A DNA stretch of 50,980 nt from positions 1 through 50,980 of the forward strand of contig JAUNHM010000001.1 in assembly GCA_030523945.1 (NCBI GenBank), read 5' to 3'. Shown here piece by piece: positions 31,158-40,351 of the stretch. The stretch comes from Microbacteriaceae bacterium. GTDB lineage: Bacteria; Actinomycetota; Actinomycetes; Actinomycetales; Microbacteriaceae. The notes beneath the pieces are model-generated. The model saw only the letters and a list, made by a program, of their open reading frames with translations. It did not search any database and was not told the DNA's origin. Position 1 is the stretch's first letter. Every line of letters begins with the position of its first letter. A program made the position numbers and the translations under genes.

Positions 31158-32611
31158 TAGGCAACTCCAAAATATTTTTGTGCGGCGACAAGACCTGCGG
31201 CAAAGGTGTCGACCTCGGCCGCGGTAGTGGTAGCGTGTACACTGGCGCGCACGCTAGCGGTAATGCCGAGCGCGCGATGCAGCGGCTGAGCACAGTGATG
31301 GCCGACCCGCACCAGCACATCGCGGGTGTCCAAAACCTGGCCGACATCGTGGGCGTGGATTCCGGCTACATCGACCGCGGCAAGCGCAACACGCGGCTGG
31401 CCTGGTGCAGGTCCAAGCAGGCGCACCCCAGGCAGCTCAGCGATTTGCGTGACCATGCGGTCTACCAAAGCGTGTTCGGTGGCGGCAATCCGGTCCATGC
31501 CGACATGCCCCAAAAACTCTGCGGCAGCTCCGAGCGCGACAGCCTGGGAAACCGGCTGGGTGCCAGCCTCAAACCGGTGCGGCGCGGGTAAAAACTCGGC
31601 AATTTCTTTGTTCACGGTCGTGATAGCGCTGCCGCCGGTGCGATACGGAGGCAGGGCGTTAAGCAGCTCTGTGCGGCCGACCAGCACCCCGATGCCGTTC
31701 GGGCCGCACATTTTGTGCCCGCTAAACGCCATAAAATCAACGCCGAGTTCGCTAACATTAACCGGAATATGCGGCACAGACTGGCAGGCGTCGAGCACGG
31801 TGACGGCAAGCCCGGCGCTCGCAGCACGCACCGCAGCCACGATCTCGGCAACCTGAGCAATGCAGCCGGTCACATTAGAAACATGCGCAAAAGCTGCCAC
31901 CCGGGTGCGCGTGCTGAGCACAGCTGCAAAATCTGCCAGACTCCAGGTGCCCTGCTCGTTTACCGGCACAACGCGCAGGCGTGCCCCGGTGCGGGCGGCA
32001 AGTCGCTGCCACGGGATCAGATTGGCATGGTGTGCGTCTTCTGTCACCACAATTTCATCGCCCGGCCATAGTGCAAAGCGTTCGCTGCCCGGCACCGCCA
32101 GCGCCTTCCGCGCTGAAATTTCGCCGCTACCGGCCGCAGCCAGGCTCGCCTCGGCAATGCCCCCGGCAACTGTGTTTAGCGCATCTGTCGCCCCGGCCTG
32201 CCACACAACGGTGTAGTCGCCGCCCGCGCCAATAAACTTCGCCACCTGCTCGCGCGCCTGTTCAAATGCCCCGGTCGCAGCTCCCACGGCAACGCTGGTG
32301 CCGCGGTGCACGGCGGCATTACTAAAAGCAGCAAATTCATACTCTGCCCGCAGCACTTTTTCCGGCCTTTGCGAGGTTGCAGCGCTGTCCAAATATGCTG
32401 GTGCCTGCCGGCCAGCCGCTTTTTCGCTATCAACCCGGGCAAAATAAGGAAATTCCGCTCGCAAAGCGGCAATTTCGCTCTCGTTCAAAGGCAGTGCGGC
32501 ATCTGCAGCTGGTGCTGTTTCGCCATGCGCGGTTTTTCCACCTGCCTGCCCGTTTTCCGGGTCGCTACTCGGGTCACTTTTCGGGTCATTACTTAAAAAA
32601 GACATACTCAT
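31157..32611 (-). CDS. sufS: SufS-family cysteine desulfurase
   Basis: YLDSAATSQ, HHAN..PW, FSGHKM, FEAGT and RVGHHCAQP motifs; start is 32611 or 32605. Confidence 0.93.
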   Translation of the reverse strand: MSMSFLSNDPKSDPSSDPENGQAGGKTAHGETAPAADAALPLNESEIAALRAEFPYFARVDSEKAAGRQAPAYLDSAATSQRPEKVLRAEYEFAAFSNAAVHRGTSVAVGAATGAFEQAREQVAKFIGAGGDYTVVWQAGATDALNTVAGGIAEASLAAAGSGEISARKALAVPGSERFALWPGDEIVVTEDAHHANLIPWQRLAARTGARLRVVPVNEQGTWSLADFAAVLSTRTRVAAFAHVSNVTGCIAQVAEIVAAVRAASAGLAVTVLDACQSVPHIPVNVSELGVDFMAFSGHKMCGPNGIGVLVGRTELLNALPPYRTGGSAITTVNKEIAEFLPAPHRFEAGTQPVSQAVALGAAAEFLGHVGMDRIAATEHALVDRMVTQIAELPGVRLLGPAPGQPRVALAAVDVAGIHAHDVGQVLDTRDVLVRVGHHCAQPLHRALGITASVRASVHATTTAAEVDTFAAGLVAAQKYFGVA

Positions 32612-32694
32612 TCTATTGTCCCATTTTTTGCTGAACTTAACCACAAAATTTGCCAAAAATTAAAAACCGACCGCCGCAAGCTATAATTGAGTGT

Positions 32695-33327
32695 GTGTGG
32701 GGTCATATAGTTTACGAAACATTGCAGCTTGCCGGCATTTTGGCGTTTGCGATTTCTGGCGCGCTCATCGGGGTGCACAAGCGGCTCGATCTGCTCGGTG
32801 TGATCGTGGTTGGTTCGGCCACCGGCGTTGGCGGCGGCATTATTCGCGACATTATGATCGGAGTGCACCCGCCTGTTAGCTTGGTTTATTGGCCAAATAT
32901 TGCGACGGCTGCGGCCGGCTCCCTGCTGGTTTTCTTTTTTCACCCCCGCATCTCGCGCCTGCGCCATTTCGAGGTGGTTTTTGACGCTTTTGGGTTGGGC
33001 CTGTTTTGTGCAAATACGGCGGCGGCGGCGATCGGCAACGGTTTTTCGCTTTTGACCGCGGTGATTGTCGGCACGGTTACGGCGATCGGCGGCGGCGTGG
33101 TGCGTGACGTTATGGTGAACGAGGTGCCGGGCGTGCTCACCCGCGAGTTGTATGCGGTTTCGGCGATTTCTGGGGCGCTTTTGGCCGGCGGGTTGATGAT
33201 GCTCTCGAACAGTCTGCTGCTCGCTTCGACGGCGGGTTGCGTTTGGGCGATTGCGTTGCGGCTGACCTCTTATGCGCGCGGCTGGCAGTTGCCGGTGCCA
33301 AAGTTTGGCAGTACGTCTTTAAAGTAA
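32695..33327 (+). CDS. Trimeric intracellular cation channel (TRIC/UPF0126) family protein
   Basis: FAISGA, GVGGGIIRD, DAFGLG and GGGVVRD motifs; GTG start chosen 7 nt after TATAAT. Confidence 0.9.
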   Translation: MWGHIVYETLQLAGILAFAISGALIGVHKRLDLLGVIVVGSATGVGGGIIRDIMIGVHPPVSLVYWPNIATAAAGSLLVFFFHPRISRLRHFEVVFDAFGLGLFCANTAAAAIGNGFSLLTAVIVGTVTAIGGGVVRDVMVNEVPGVLTRELYAVSAISGALLAGGLMMLSNSLLLASTAGCVWAIALRLTSYARGWQLPVPKFGSTSLK

Positions 33328-33840
33328 GGGAACTCTGGCGCGCCGCAGGGTGCTCACCAGGGCGCTCAGGGTGGCAACCCGTTGGCTGGCCTGCAGCCGT
33401 TTTTGCAGAACGAAAACGTGAGGAAGTTTTTGCCTTACGCTCCGCTAGCATTGTGCGGCACTCTGGCACTTGCCTTCATTTCGCTGTTTATCCCGATTAT
33501 CAGCTTCCGTGGTGGGTATAATGTCACTTTTTTCAGTAACGGTGAGGGCGTTTTCCTTACCGTTATTTATGCTGCGACTGCCGCTTTTGCGATTGTTGCG
33601 TATTTGAAAAAGTTTGGTTGGGCGTTTATCACCGCTGGTGTTATCGGTTTGGTTGCCGCTATCGTTAGCTTGATTGATGGTTTCGGCAACGCTAAGTTTG
33701 GCAGCGCCGGTCCGATTATTTTGGGCATCGCCGGGATTTTGATGCTGGTTGCTTCTATTGCAACTATTCTGGCTATTCCGCCACGTCAGACTGGCTACCA
33801 GACCAGTCAGCAGCACAGTTTTGGGTTTGGTTCGCAATAA
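33328..33840 (+). CDS. 4-TM membrane protein, paralogue of the C-terminal half of 34061..35134; possibly 5'-truncated
   Basis: GWAFITAGVIG and SAGPII match GWAYVTGGVLG and SAGPII in the next gene. No clear RBS or start; TTG 33382 and GTG 33418 are possible. Confidence 0.6.
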   Translation, partial: GNSGAPQGAHQGAQGGNPLAGLQPFLQNENVRKFLPYAPLALCGTLALAFISLFIPIISFRGGYNVTFFSNGEGVFLTVIYAATAAFAIVAYLKKFGWAFITAGVIGLVAAIVSLIDGFGNAKFGSAGPIILGIAGILMLVASIATILAIPPRQTGYQTSQQHSFGFGSQ

Positions 33841-34060
33841 GTAAAATTCCGCTGTTTTGCGCAAATTTTTATAAAAATAAAAAGATTTTTGTTTTTAGTG
33901 TAAAAATTTTTGTTAGTTTATTACAATAATGCCGGGTTTTTGCTAGGATATTTTGTGTAGCTTCCTGGCGTTTAGCGGGGGAAAGAGATGCTGTTTCAGT
34001 ATTTCTGAGCGAGACCGTAGTAGCTGCGCGTTTTCCATATAATTATTGAATAGGAATAAA

Positions 34061-35134
34061 ATGTCTAAAGAAATTTCAGCCTACACCGTTGCTGATTTGG
34101 CAGACCCTGCTATCGAGGCTGCGACTCTGGGGCAGATCGCGAGTCAGCGTCCGGATCTTTGGGACGCAATTTTGCAGCATCCGAATATTTATCCTGCCCT
34201 GACCGGCTGGATTGAATCTTATCGTGCGGCAACTCCTGCTCAGCAGCTGGCTGAGCCGCAGGAAGCTACGCAGCAATACGCGCAGCAACAGGAAACTCAG
34301 CAGTATGTTCAGCCGGAACAGCAGTATCAGCAACCGCAGCACTTTGAAACTCAGCAGTATGCTCAACCGGTATATCAGCAACCGGTGACTCAGCAGTATG
34401 CTCAGCCAGCTGCCCAGCAGCCGGACTTTCAGCAGTACACCCAGCCAGTATTTGCGCAGCCAGTGGCTCAGCAGCCAATTGAGCAGCAGCCTGTTCAGCA
34501 AGTAGCGTATCAAGCACCAGCGCAGCAGTATGCTCAGCCAGTGGATCAGCAGCAGGGCGGTTATGTGGCCGCGCCAGCAGGCAACACCGCGGCAACCAAT
34601 GTCGTTGCGGGTAATAAGTTCGGCACCTGGGCGGCTATTTCTACAACCGCCGTTGGCGCGGTGGCCATTTTGGGCACATTCTTGCCAATCTTCGGTAATA
34701 TCAACCTCTACACTGGCCCGTTGATTGGTCTCGGTCTTACGCTGTTTATTTTTACTGCTTTGCCGGTTGCATTTGCAGGCGTTGCCTGGGGCACCAAGGC
34801 CGGCTGGGCATATGTTACCGGTGGTGTGCTGGGTATCGTGTTCGGCTTGATTAATCTGTTTATTTCTCTCGGGATTGCTCAGTTAGCAGATTTGGCGAGT
34901 AAAACGGAAGAGTTCTTTACTCGCAGCAGCAGCTCTAGCAGCAGCGCGGGACCGATCATCATGGTACTGCTTTACGTTTTGCTGATAGCAGCGTCGATCA
35001 TGCTGATTATTGCAAAGCCAAAAACTCAGCTTTTGGCGGTGCAGTCATATCCTCAGCAGCCTGTTTACCCGCAGCAGGGTGGGTATCCACAGCAGGGCGG
35101 TTACGAGCAGCACGGCGGCTACCCGCAGCAGTAA
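34061..35134 (+). CDS. Membrane protein with variant-LRR-like N-terminal module, Q/P/Y-rich repeats and 4 TM segments
   Basis: DP...AATL.QIA..RPDLW..I..HPNIYP.L..W, then QQYAQP repeats and C-terminal YPQQGG repeats; AGGA RBS. Confidence 0.8.
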   Translation: MSKEISAYTVADLADPAIEAATLGQIASQRPDLWDAILQHPNIYPALTGWIESYRAATPAQQLAEPQEATQQYAQQQETQQYVQPEQQYQQPQHFETQQYAQPVYQQPVTQQYAQPAAQQPDFQQYTQPVFAQPVAQQPIEQQPVQQVAYQAPAQQYAQPVDQQQGGYVAAPAGNTAATNVVAGNKFGTWAAISTTAVGAVAILGTFLPIFGNINLYTGPLIGLGLTLFIFTALPVAFAGVAWGTKAGWAYVTGGVLGIVFGLINLFISLGIAQLADLASKTEEFFTRSSSSSSSAGPIIMVLLYVLLIAASIMLIIAKPKTQLLAVQSYPQQPVYPQQGGYPQQGGYEQHGGYPQQ

Positions 35135-35148
35135 GTTGATTTAACGGC

Positions 35149-35188
35149 AAAGCGCGGGCGTGCGGTGGGTACGCTCGCGTTTTGCTTT
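35149..35188 (+). terminator. Intrinsic terminator
   Basis: GCGCGGGCGTGC-ggtgg-GTACGCTCGCGT followed by TTTGCTTT. Confidence 0.65.
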
Positions 35189-35300
35189 ATTCGACTTTTT
35201 CTTAGAAACACAGGAATTTCTGAGATTTGTTTTGTTAGGATTTAAGCAGGTTCCCGTCGTTGAGTTTGTCGGGGTTATCCAGAAGAATAGAGGGTTAAAT

Positions 35301-36014
35301 ATGTCGCAGGAAAAAGCTCCGCACACTCCCGCAAGCCAGGAAACTGCGGCTGCCAAAAGCAGAGGGTCGCTGTTAAGCTGGGGGCGATGGGGGCAAAAAC
35401 TGCCGTTTGTGCTGCTTGCTTTGGGCGTTTTTGATCTGCTGGTTTACCCGATTATGGGCTCTTTTGCGCTCGGTTTGGACGTTTTGGACGCACTGCGCAT
35501 TTACCTGTTTTTGAACTATATTTCTGTGATGCACATGGTTTTGCTGGTTGCGGCGATTGTGCTTGCGTTTGCAGCCTCGAAGGTAAAACGGCCGGTTTTG
35601 ATGTTGGTCGTTGCCGGAATTTTGGTAGTGCGAGGAGTTTCTACTCTTTCCGGTTCGTTTGAACTGCTTATGAACGATTTTAAATTTGGTAATTCGGTTC
35701 TTTTGACTACGCTGCACGCGCTGCTTTTGCTGTGCCAGATTGCTTTGCTGGCTGTGGCGGCTGTGTATGCTTTGGAGCTGAACCGGTTGCGTATTGCTGA
35801 AAATAGGGAGAAAAAAGATGAAAGCGATGCTGGCGTGGGCGCTGCTGCGGAGACTGCACAAGATATACAAAAAGAGAGCGGAGAAGCAGGGAAAGAGGCC
35901 GCTGCAAAACGAGAAAAACTCGAAAAGTTCGCTGCCGAATATTCCGCTAAAAGAGGTAAGCATGAGAATGCGCCAGCTCGATCAGATGCGGAAACTGCTC
36001 CAGAAAAAAACTAG
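35301..36014 (+). CDS. Hypothetical membrane protein (about 4 TM, charged tail)
   Basis: ATG 35301 with GAGGG upstream; hydrophobic segments. Confidence 0.7.
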   Translation: MSQEKAPHTPASQETAAAKSRGSLLSWGRWGQKLPFVLLALGVFDLLVYPIMGSFALGLDVLDALRIYLFLNYISVMHMVLLVAAIVLAFAASKVKRPVLMLVVAGILVVRGVSTLSGSFELLMNDFKFGNSVLLTTLHALLLLCQIALLAVAAVYALELNRLRIAENREKKDESDAGVGAAAETAQDIQKESGEAGKEAAAKREKLEKFAAEYSAKRGKHENAPARSDAETAPEKN

Positions 36015-36033
36015 CCGGAAAGGTTAGCAAACC

Positions 36034-36873
36034 GTGCTAGTGCTTGCGGCAACACCGATCGGCAATCTGCAGGACGCTTCTCCGCGTTTGCGTGATGCGC
36101 TGGCCGATGCTGCCGTGATCGCGGCTGAAGACACCCGCACAACGAAGCAGCTTTTGCGGTTGCTTGGCATCGAAACCAGGGCAAAAATTGTGCCGCTCCA
36201 CGATCATAACGAGAGCGCAAAGGCGGCGGAACTTGCCGGGCTTGCGGCTGAATCTGACGTGGTTTTGGTGAGTGATGCGGGCATGCCGACCGTGAGTGAC
36301 CCTGGTTTTAAGGTCGTGGCGGCAGCTGTTGCCGCCGATGTGCAGGTGAGTGTGGTGCCCGGTCCGAGTGCCCCGATAGCCGCGCTGGCAATTTCAGGCC
36401 TGCCCAGCAACCGTTTTGCGTTTGAAGGGTTTGTGCCGCAGAAACAGGGGGAGCGGCGCAGATTTTTGGCGGAGTTGCGTGATGAGAGTCGCACGCTGAT
36501 TTTCTTTGAAAGTCCGCACCGATTGCACGCAACTCTGCAAGATATGGCGCAGCACTTTGGGGCGGAGCGGCAGGCTGCAGTGTGTCGCGAAATTACTAAA
36601 ATGTACGAACAGGTTTTGCGCGGCTCGTTGGCTGAACTTGCCGAAAAAATGGCCGACGGCGTAAAAGGCGAAATCGTGGTCGTGGTGGCGGGTGCGCAGC
36701 CGGCCGAGGTGACTCCTTGTGACGCGCTCTCACAGGTGCAGCTGCGGGTCTCTGCCGGAGAACGGCTAAAAGACGCAACCCGAGCCGTAGCCGCGACAAC
36801 AGGTATTCCTGCCCGCGAACTATACTCATTAGCGCTTGCCGCAACAGACGCGCAAACTGTGCGTTTATATTAA
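36034..36873 (+). CDS. rsmI: 16S rRNA (cytidine1402-2'-O)-methyltransferase
   Basis: ATPIGNL, AEDTR, SDAGMP.VSDPG, FESPHR and REITK motifs. Confidence 0.96.
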   Translation: MLVLAATPIGNLQDASPRLRDALADAAVIAAEDTRTTKQLLRLLGIETRAKIVPLHDHNESAKAAELAGLAAESDVVLVSDAGMPTVSDPGFKVVAAAVAADVQVSVVPGPSAPIAALAISGLPSNRFAFEGFVPQKQGERRRFLAELRDESRTLIFFESPHRLHATLQDMAQHFGAERQAAVCREITKMYEQVLRGSLAELAEKMADGVKGEIVVVVAGAQPAEVTPCDALSQVQLRVSAGERLKDATRAVAATTGIPARELYSLALAATDAQTVRLY

Positions 36874-37007
36874 CGAGCAAAAACAGAACCGATTTCAACA
36901 AACTTAAGTATATGTTAAGACAAATCTGCTAAACTTACTTGGTATCTGTTTTTACGGTCACCTAAAGTGGCCTATTTTGTTACGCGTTAATCGCCACAAG
37001 GAGAAAA

Positions 37008-38012
37008 ATGAAGCGCACACTCGCCTTCGCAGCCGCAACCGCACTAGTGTTTGGCTTGGCAGCCTGTTCTGGGAGCCAAGGTTCCGGTGCAAACGAAAAC
37101 GGAAAAGCATCAAGCGAATGTCAGAAAAAATCCGGCGATCTCAGCAACAGCATCAAAGTAAAGGGCGAGGCAGGCAAAGAAGACTTTACTCTCGACGTGC
37201 AAACCCCACTCGGCAAGGCAGAAAAACCGCAAATTACCCTGCTAAAACAGGGCGAGGGCGAAAAAATTGAAGTTGCAAAAGACGTGCGCTATGCTGCAAC
37301 CGTTACCGTTTTTAACGGCAAAGACGGCAAAAAGATTGACACTCAAAAGCTCAAAATCAGTGCTGCCGCAGAAGAAACTAAGCGAGAGCAAGATCTTTCC
37401 TGGGTAGCCGACGCAATTTCGTGCGCGGGTAAAACCAAGAGCCGCACCGTTGCAGTTTTGGGTGCAAAAGACATCTGGGGTGAGCAGGCTGCAGCCAGCG
37501 GCAGCATTCCGGGTGTTGGAAAAGACGACACCATGGTTTTGATCTTCGACATTGGCGATAAAGTGGCTAAACCACTGGCAAAAGCTGAGGGCGAAGAGGT
37601 GAAACTGCCAGAGGGCTTCCCAGAGGTAAAAGTTGCCGAAACTGGCGAGCCAACCATCACCATTCCGCAGGGAGCAAAAGCGCCAACCGAACTGAAAATT
37701 GCCAACCTGATCAAAGGTAAAGGCGAAGAAGTGACCGACGGCGCGACCGTGACCGTCCACTACAAGGGCGTGATCTGGAGCACCGGCAAAGAGTTCGACT
37801 CATCATGGAAGCGCGGTCAACCAGCAGAATTCCCGACCAGCGGCGTGATCGAGGGCTTTAAAAAGGCACTTGTGGGGCAGAAAGTTGGCTCCCGCGTGGT
37901 TGCTCTGGTAGATCCAAAGAGCGGCTACAAAGCAGAAGGGCTGCAGCAGCAGGGCCACAAACCAGACGATGTGATGGTGTTTGTGCTCGACATTCTGTCT
38001 GTGCAAAAATAG
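37008..38012 (+). CDS. FKBP-type peptidyl-prolyl isomerase lipoprotein
   Basis: Lipobox LAAC; VTVHYKG, FDSSW and VIEGF...L.GQKVGSR motifs. Confidence 0.9.
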   Translation: MKRTLAFAAATALVFGLAACSGSQGSGANENGKASSECQKKSGDLSNSIKVKGEAGKEDFTLDVQTPLGKAEKPQITLLKQGEGEKIEVAKDVRYAATVTVFNGKDGKKIDTQKLKISAAAEETKREQDLSWVADAISCAGKTKSRTVAVLGAKDIWGEQAAASGSIPGVGKDDTMVLIFDIGDKVAKPLAKAEGEEVKLPEGFPEVKVAETGEPTITIPQGAKAPTELKIANLIKGKGEEVTDGATVTVHYKGVIWSTGKEFDSSWKRGQPAEFPTSGVIEGFKKALVGQKVGSRVVALVDPKSGYKAEGLQQQGHKPDDVMVFVLDILSVQK

Positions 38013-38041
38013 CGGGCGTTTAGGCGCAAAAGGCCGGTTAA

Positions 38042-39409
38042 GTGCAAGAAATACTGCTCTATTTGCTCGGGGTGCTAGTGATGGTGCTCGGGCTGGGGCT
38101 GTCTATTGGCTTGCACGAGATCGGCCACCTGGTGCCGGCGAAACTGTTTGGCGTGCGCGTTAAACAGTACATGATCGGCTTCGGGCGGACACTCTGGTCG
38201 CGCAAACGCGGCGAAACCGAATACGGCATAAAAATGCTACCGCTCGGTGGATATATTTCGATGACCGGAATGTACCCGCCAAAGCCAGTTGACGAGGGTG
38301 CTGCAGACAGCGAGGCTGAGGAGGCCGAGCTGATTCCCGCCGAAACCGATCTTGCAGCCCCCGCTGAAAAGCCAAAAGGCATAGTTAAGTCGATTATCGA
38401 CGATGACGGTGAGGTGGTAGATCCGCGCCGGTCTTTTTATGCGCTTTCTGTGCCAAAAAAGATTGTGATTATGGTCGGCGGGCCGCTGATGAACCTCGTG
38501 CTCGGATTCGTGTTTTTTGCGATTTTGATCAGCGGTATCGGGATTATGGGCGCTTCTACCACCGTTGGCAGCGTGAGCGAGTGCTTGAAAGCGCCAGACA
38601 GCAACTCGCGCGTTTGCGAATCGGGGGATACCCCCGCACCAGCTGCCGTAGCCGGCTTGCGCCCCGGCGATAAAATTTTGACCATTAACGGGGCCGCAAT
38701 CGATAATTGGACGCAGGTGCGCGACACTATTGCCGCCAACCCGGGTAATATTTTACAGCTTGAATACGAGCGTGAAGGCACCCGCAAAACCACCGAAATT
38801 AAGCCGTTTCTAGCGCAGCGTGCCAAATTTGACAGCAGCGAACGGCCGGTGCTTGACGGAAACGGCAAGCAGGTTTATGAAAACGTTGGGATGCTGGGCC
38901 TCTCGCCGGCTTATGAACGCCAGCACCGTCCGATCACAGAGGTGCCGCGCTATGTGGGCGACCAGGCTGCTGCCGTAACTAATATGATTTTGCACCTGCC
39001 GCAGCGCATGATTGATGTTTGGAACGCGGCTTTTAGTGAGCAAAAACGCGACGCAAACGGGCCGATTTCGGTTGTGGGCGTGGGGCGGATCGCGGGAGAA
39101 ATAGCCAGCCACGAGCAGGTGCCGGCGCTCGATAAAGTCGCGGCAATGGTTGGGATTTTGGCCGGGTTAAACATTGCGCTGTTTATTTTCAACCTGATTC
39201 CGTTACTGCCGCTTGACGGCGGTCACGTTGCTGGTGCGCTGTTTGAGGCTTTGCGTCGCGCCTGGGCAAGGTTGCGCGGGAAACCAGACCCCGGCCCGGT
39301 GGACACCTCAAAGCTTTTGCCGCTGACGCTAGCTGTTGTGGTGGTGCTCGGGGCGATGAGCGTGCTGCTAATGTATGCCGATATTGTAAAGCCGATTACG
39401 CTCGGCTAA
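38042..39409 (+). CDS. M50 RIP zinc metalloprotease with PDZ domain (Rip1/RseP-like)
   Basis: HEIGH, GGP..N, GLRPGD and NLIPLLPLDGG motifs. Confidence 0.93.
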   Translation: MQEILLYLLGVLVMVLGLGLSIGLHEIGHLVPAKLFGVRVKQYMIGFGRTLWSRKRGETEYGIKMLPLGGYISMTGMYPPKPVDEGAADSEAEEAELIPAETDLAAPAEKPKGIVKSIIDDDGEVVDPRRSFYALSVPKKIVIMVGGPLMNLVLGFVFFAILISGIGIMGASTTVGSVSECLKAPDSNSRVCESGDTPAPAAVAGLRPGDKILTINGAAIDNWTQVRDTIAANPGNILQLEYEREGTRKTTEIKPFLAQRAKFDSSERPVLDGNGKQVYENVGMLGLSPAYERQHRPITEVPRYVGDQAAAVTNMILHLPQRMIDVWNAAFSEQKRDANGPISVVGVGRIAGEIASHEQVPALDKVAAMVGILAGLNIALFIFNLIPLLPLDGGHVAGALFEALRRAWARLRGKPDPGPVDTSKLLPLTLAVVVVLGAMSVLLMYADIVKPITLG

Positions 39410-39454
39410 TCCCTGGCAGCATGCCAATACTATAAATCTGATAAATTATTTACA

Positions 39455-40192
39455 ATGACAGAAGAATTTGAAACTGAAAAACCGCGCCATCGACTGCTTT
39501 CATTTGTGCGTCGTGGTGGCAGGCTGACCACAGCCCAGGAGCGGGCGATGCGTGATCTCGCGCCGGAATACATTGTCGATGTTGAGCGCGGTGATGGCGT
39601 CACCAGCGTAGCCGCCGGGCATACGCTCGATCTGGCTGCACTGTTTGGGCGCACCGCTCCGGTCACGGTCGAAATCGGCTCCGGGCAGGGACACCAAATT
39701 ACCCACGCCGCAGCCAGCCACCCGGAACGCGACTTTCTCGCACTCGAGGTGTTTACCGGCGGTCTTGCCCGCACAATGGTGCTTGCCGAGCAACAGAATG
39801 TGCACAATCTGCGCCTAATCGAAGCAAACGCGCCAGAAGTGCTCGAGCATCTGTTGCCGGCAGAAAGCATTGATGAAATCTGGATTTTCTTTCCCGATCC
39901 GTGGCATAAAGCTCGCCACAACAAACGTCGCCTGATCAGCGACCCGTTTATGCCGATTTTGGCGCGCGTGCTACGTCCGGGTGGTCTGGTGCGGCTCGCA
40001 ACCGACTGGGAAGATTATGCGCTGCAAATGCGCGATGTGTTTGACGCCGCACCGCAGTTTAGCCGCGAATTCTCAGGGGAGTGGGCGCCGCGTTTCGACG
40101 GCCGCTTGCTCACTGCTTTTGAACAAAAAGGTATTAAAGCCGGCCGCGAAATTCGCGACCTGGTTTTTCGCCGCGAAAATGTGACTAATTAA
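39455..40192 (+). CDS. trmB: tRNA (guanine-N7)-methyltransferase
   Basis: EIGSGQG, FPDPWHKARHNKRR and ATDWEDYA motifs. Confidence 0.96.
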   Translation: MTEEFETEKPRHRLLSFVRRGGRLTTAQERAMRDLAPEYIVDVERGDGVTSVAAGHTLDLAALFGRTAPVTVEIGSGQGHQITHAAASHPERDFLALEVFTGGLARTMVLAEQQNVHNLRLIEANAPEVLEHLLPAESIDEIWIFFPDPWHKARHNKRRLISDPFMPILARVLRPGGLVRLATDWEDYALQMRDVFDAAPQFSREFSGEWAPRFDGRLLTAFEQKGIKAGREIRDLVFRRENVTN

Positions 40193-40218
40193 GGTTTTTG
40201 CGATAGACTGGTAAAGTT

Positions 40219-40294
40219 GCCCTCGTAGCTCAGTGGATAGAGCGCCGGTTTCCGGTACCGTAGGTCGGAGGTTCGATTCCTCTCGAGGGCACCA
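40219..40294 (+). tRNA. tRNA-Arg(CCG)
   Basis: 76-nt cloverleaf: GCCCTCG/CGAGGGC acceptor stem, anticodon loop TT-CCG-GT, TTCGATT T-loop, encoded CCA. Confidence 0.96.
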
Positions 40295-40296
40295 AA

Positions 40297-40334
40297 CGAA
40301 AAAGGACGGAAGTTTCAGGCTTCCGTCCTTTTCG
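40297..40334. terminator. Bidirectional intrinsic terminator between the tRNA and lldD
   Basis: AAAAGGACGGAAG...CTTCCGTCCTTTT. Confidence 0.85.
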
Positions 40335-40351
40335 CTTAACCGCGCAGCAGG

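Noticed and set aside
30678-32611. sufS-sufU without sufBCD
   Set aside because: Split suf loci are common and the motifs are intact, so nothing unusual is demonstrable from this window
34250-34560. Repeated ACTCAGCAGTATG units as a possible CRISPR array
   Set aside because: They are in-frame coding repeats that are too short and irregular, and there are no cas genes
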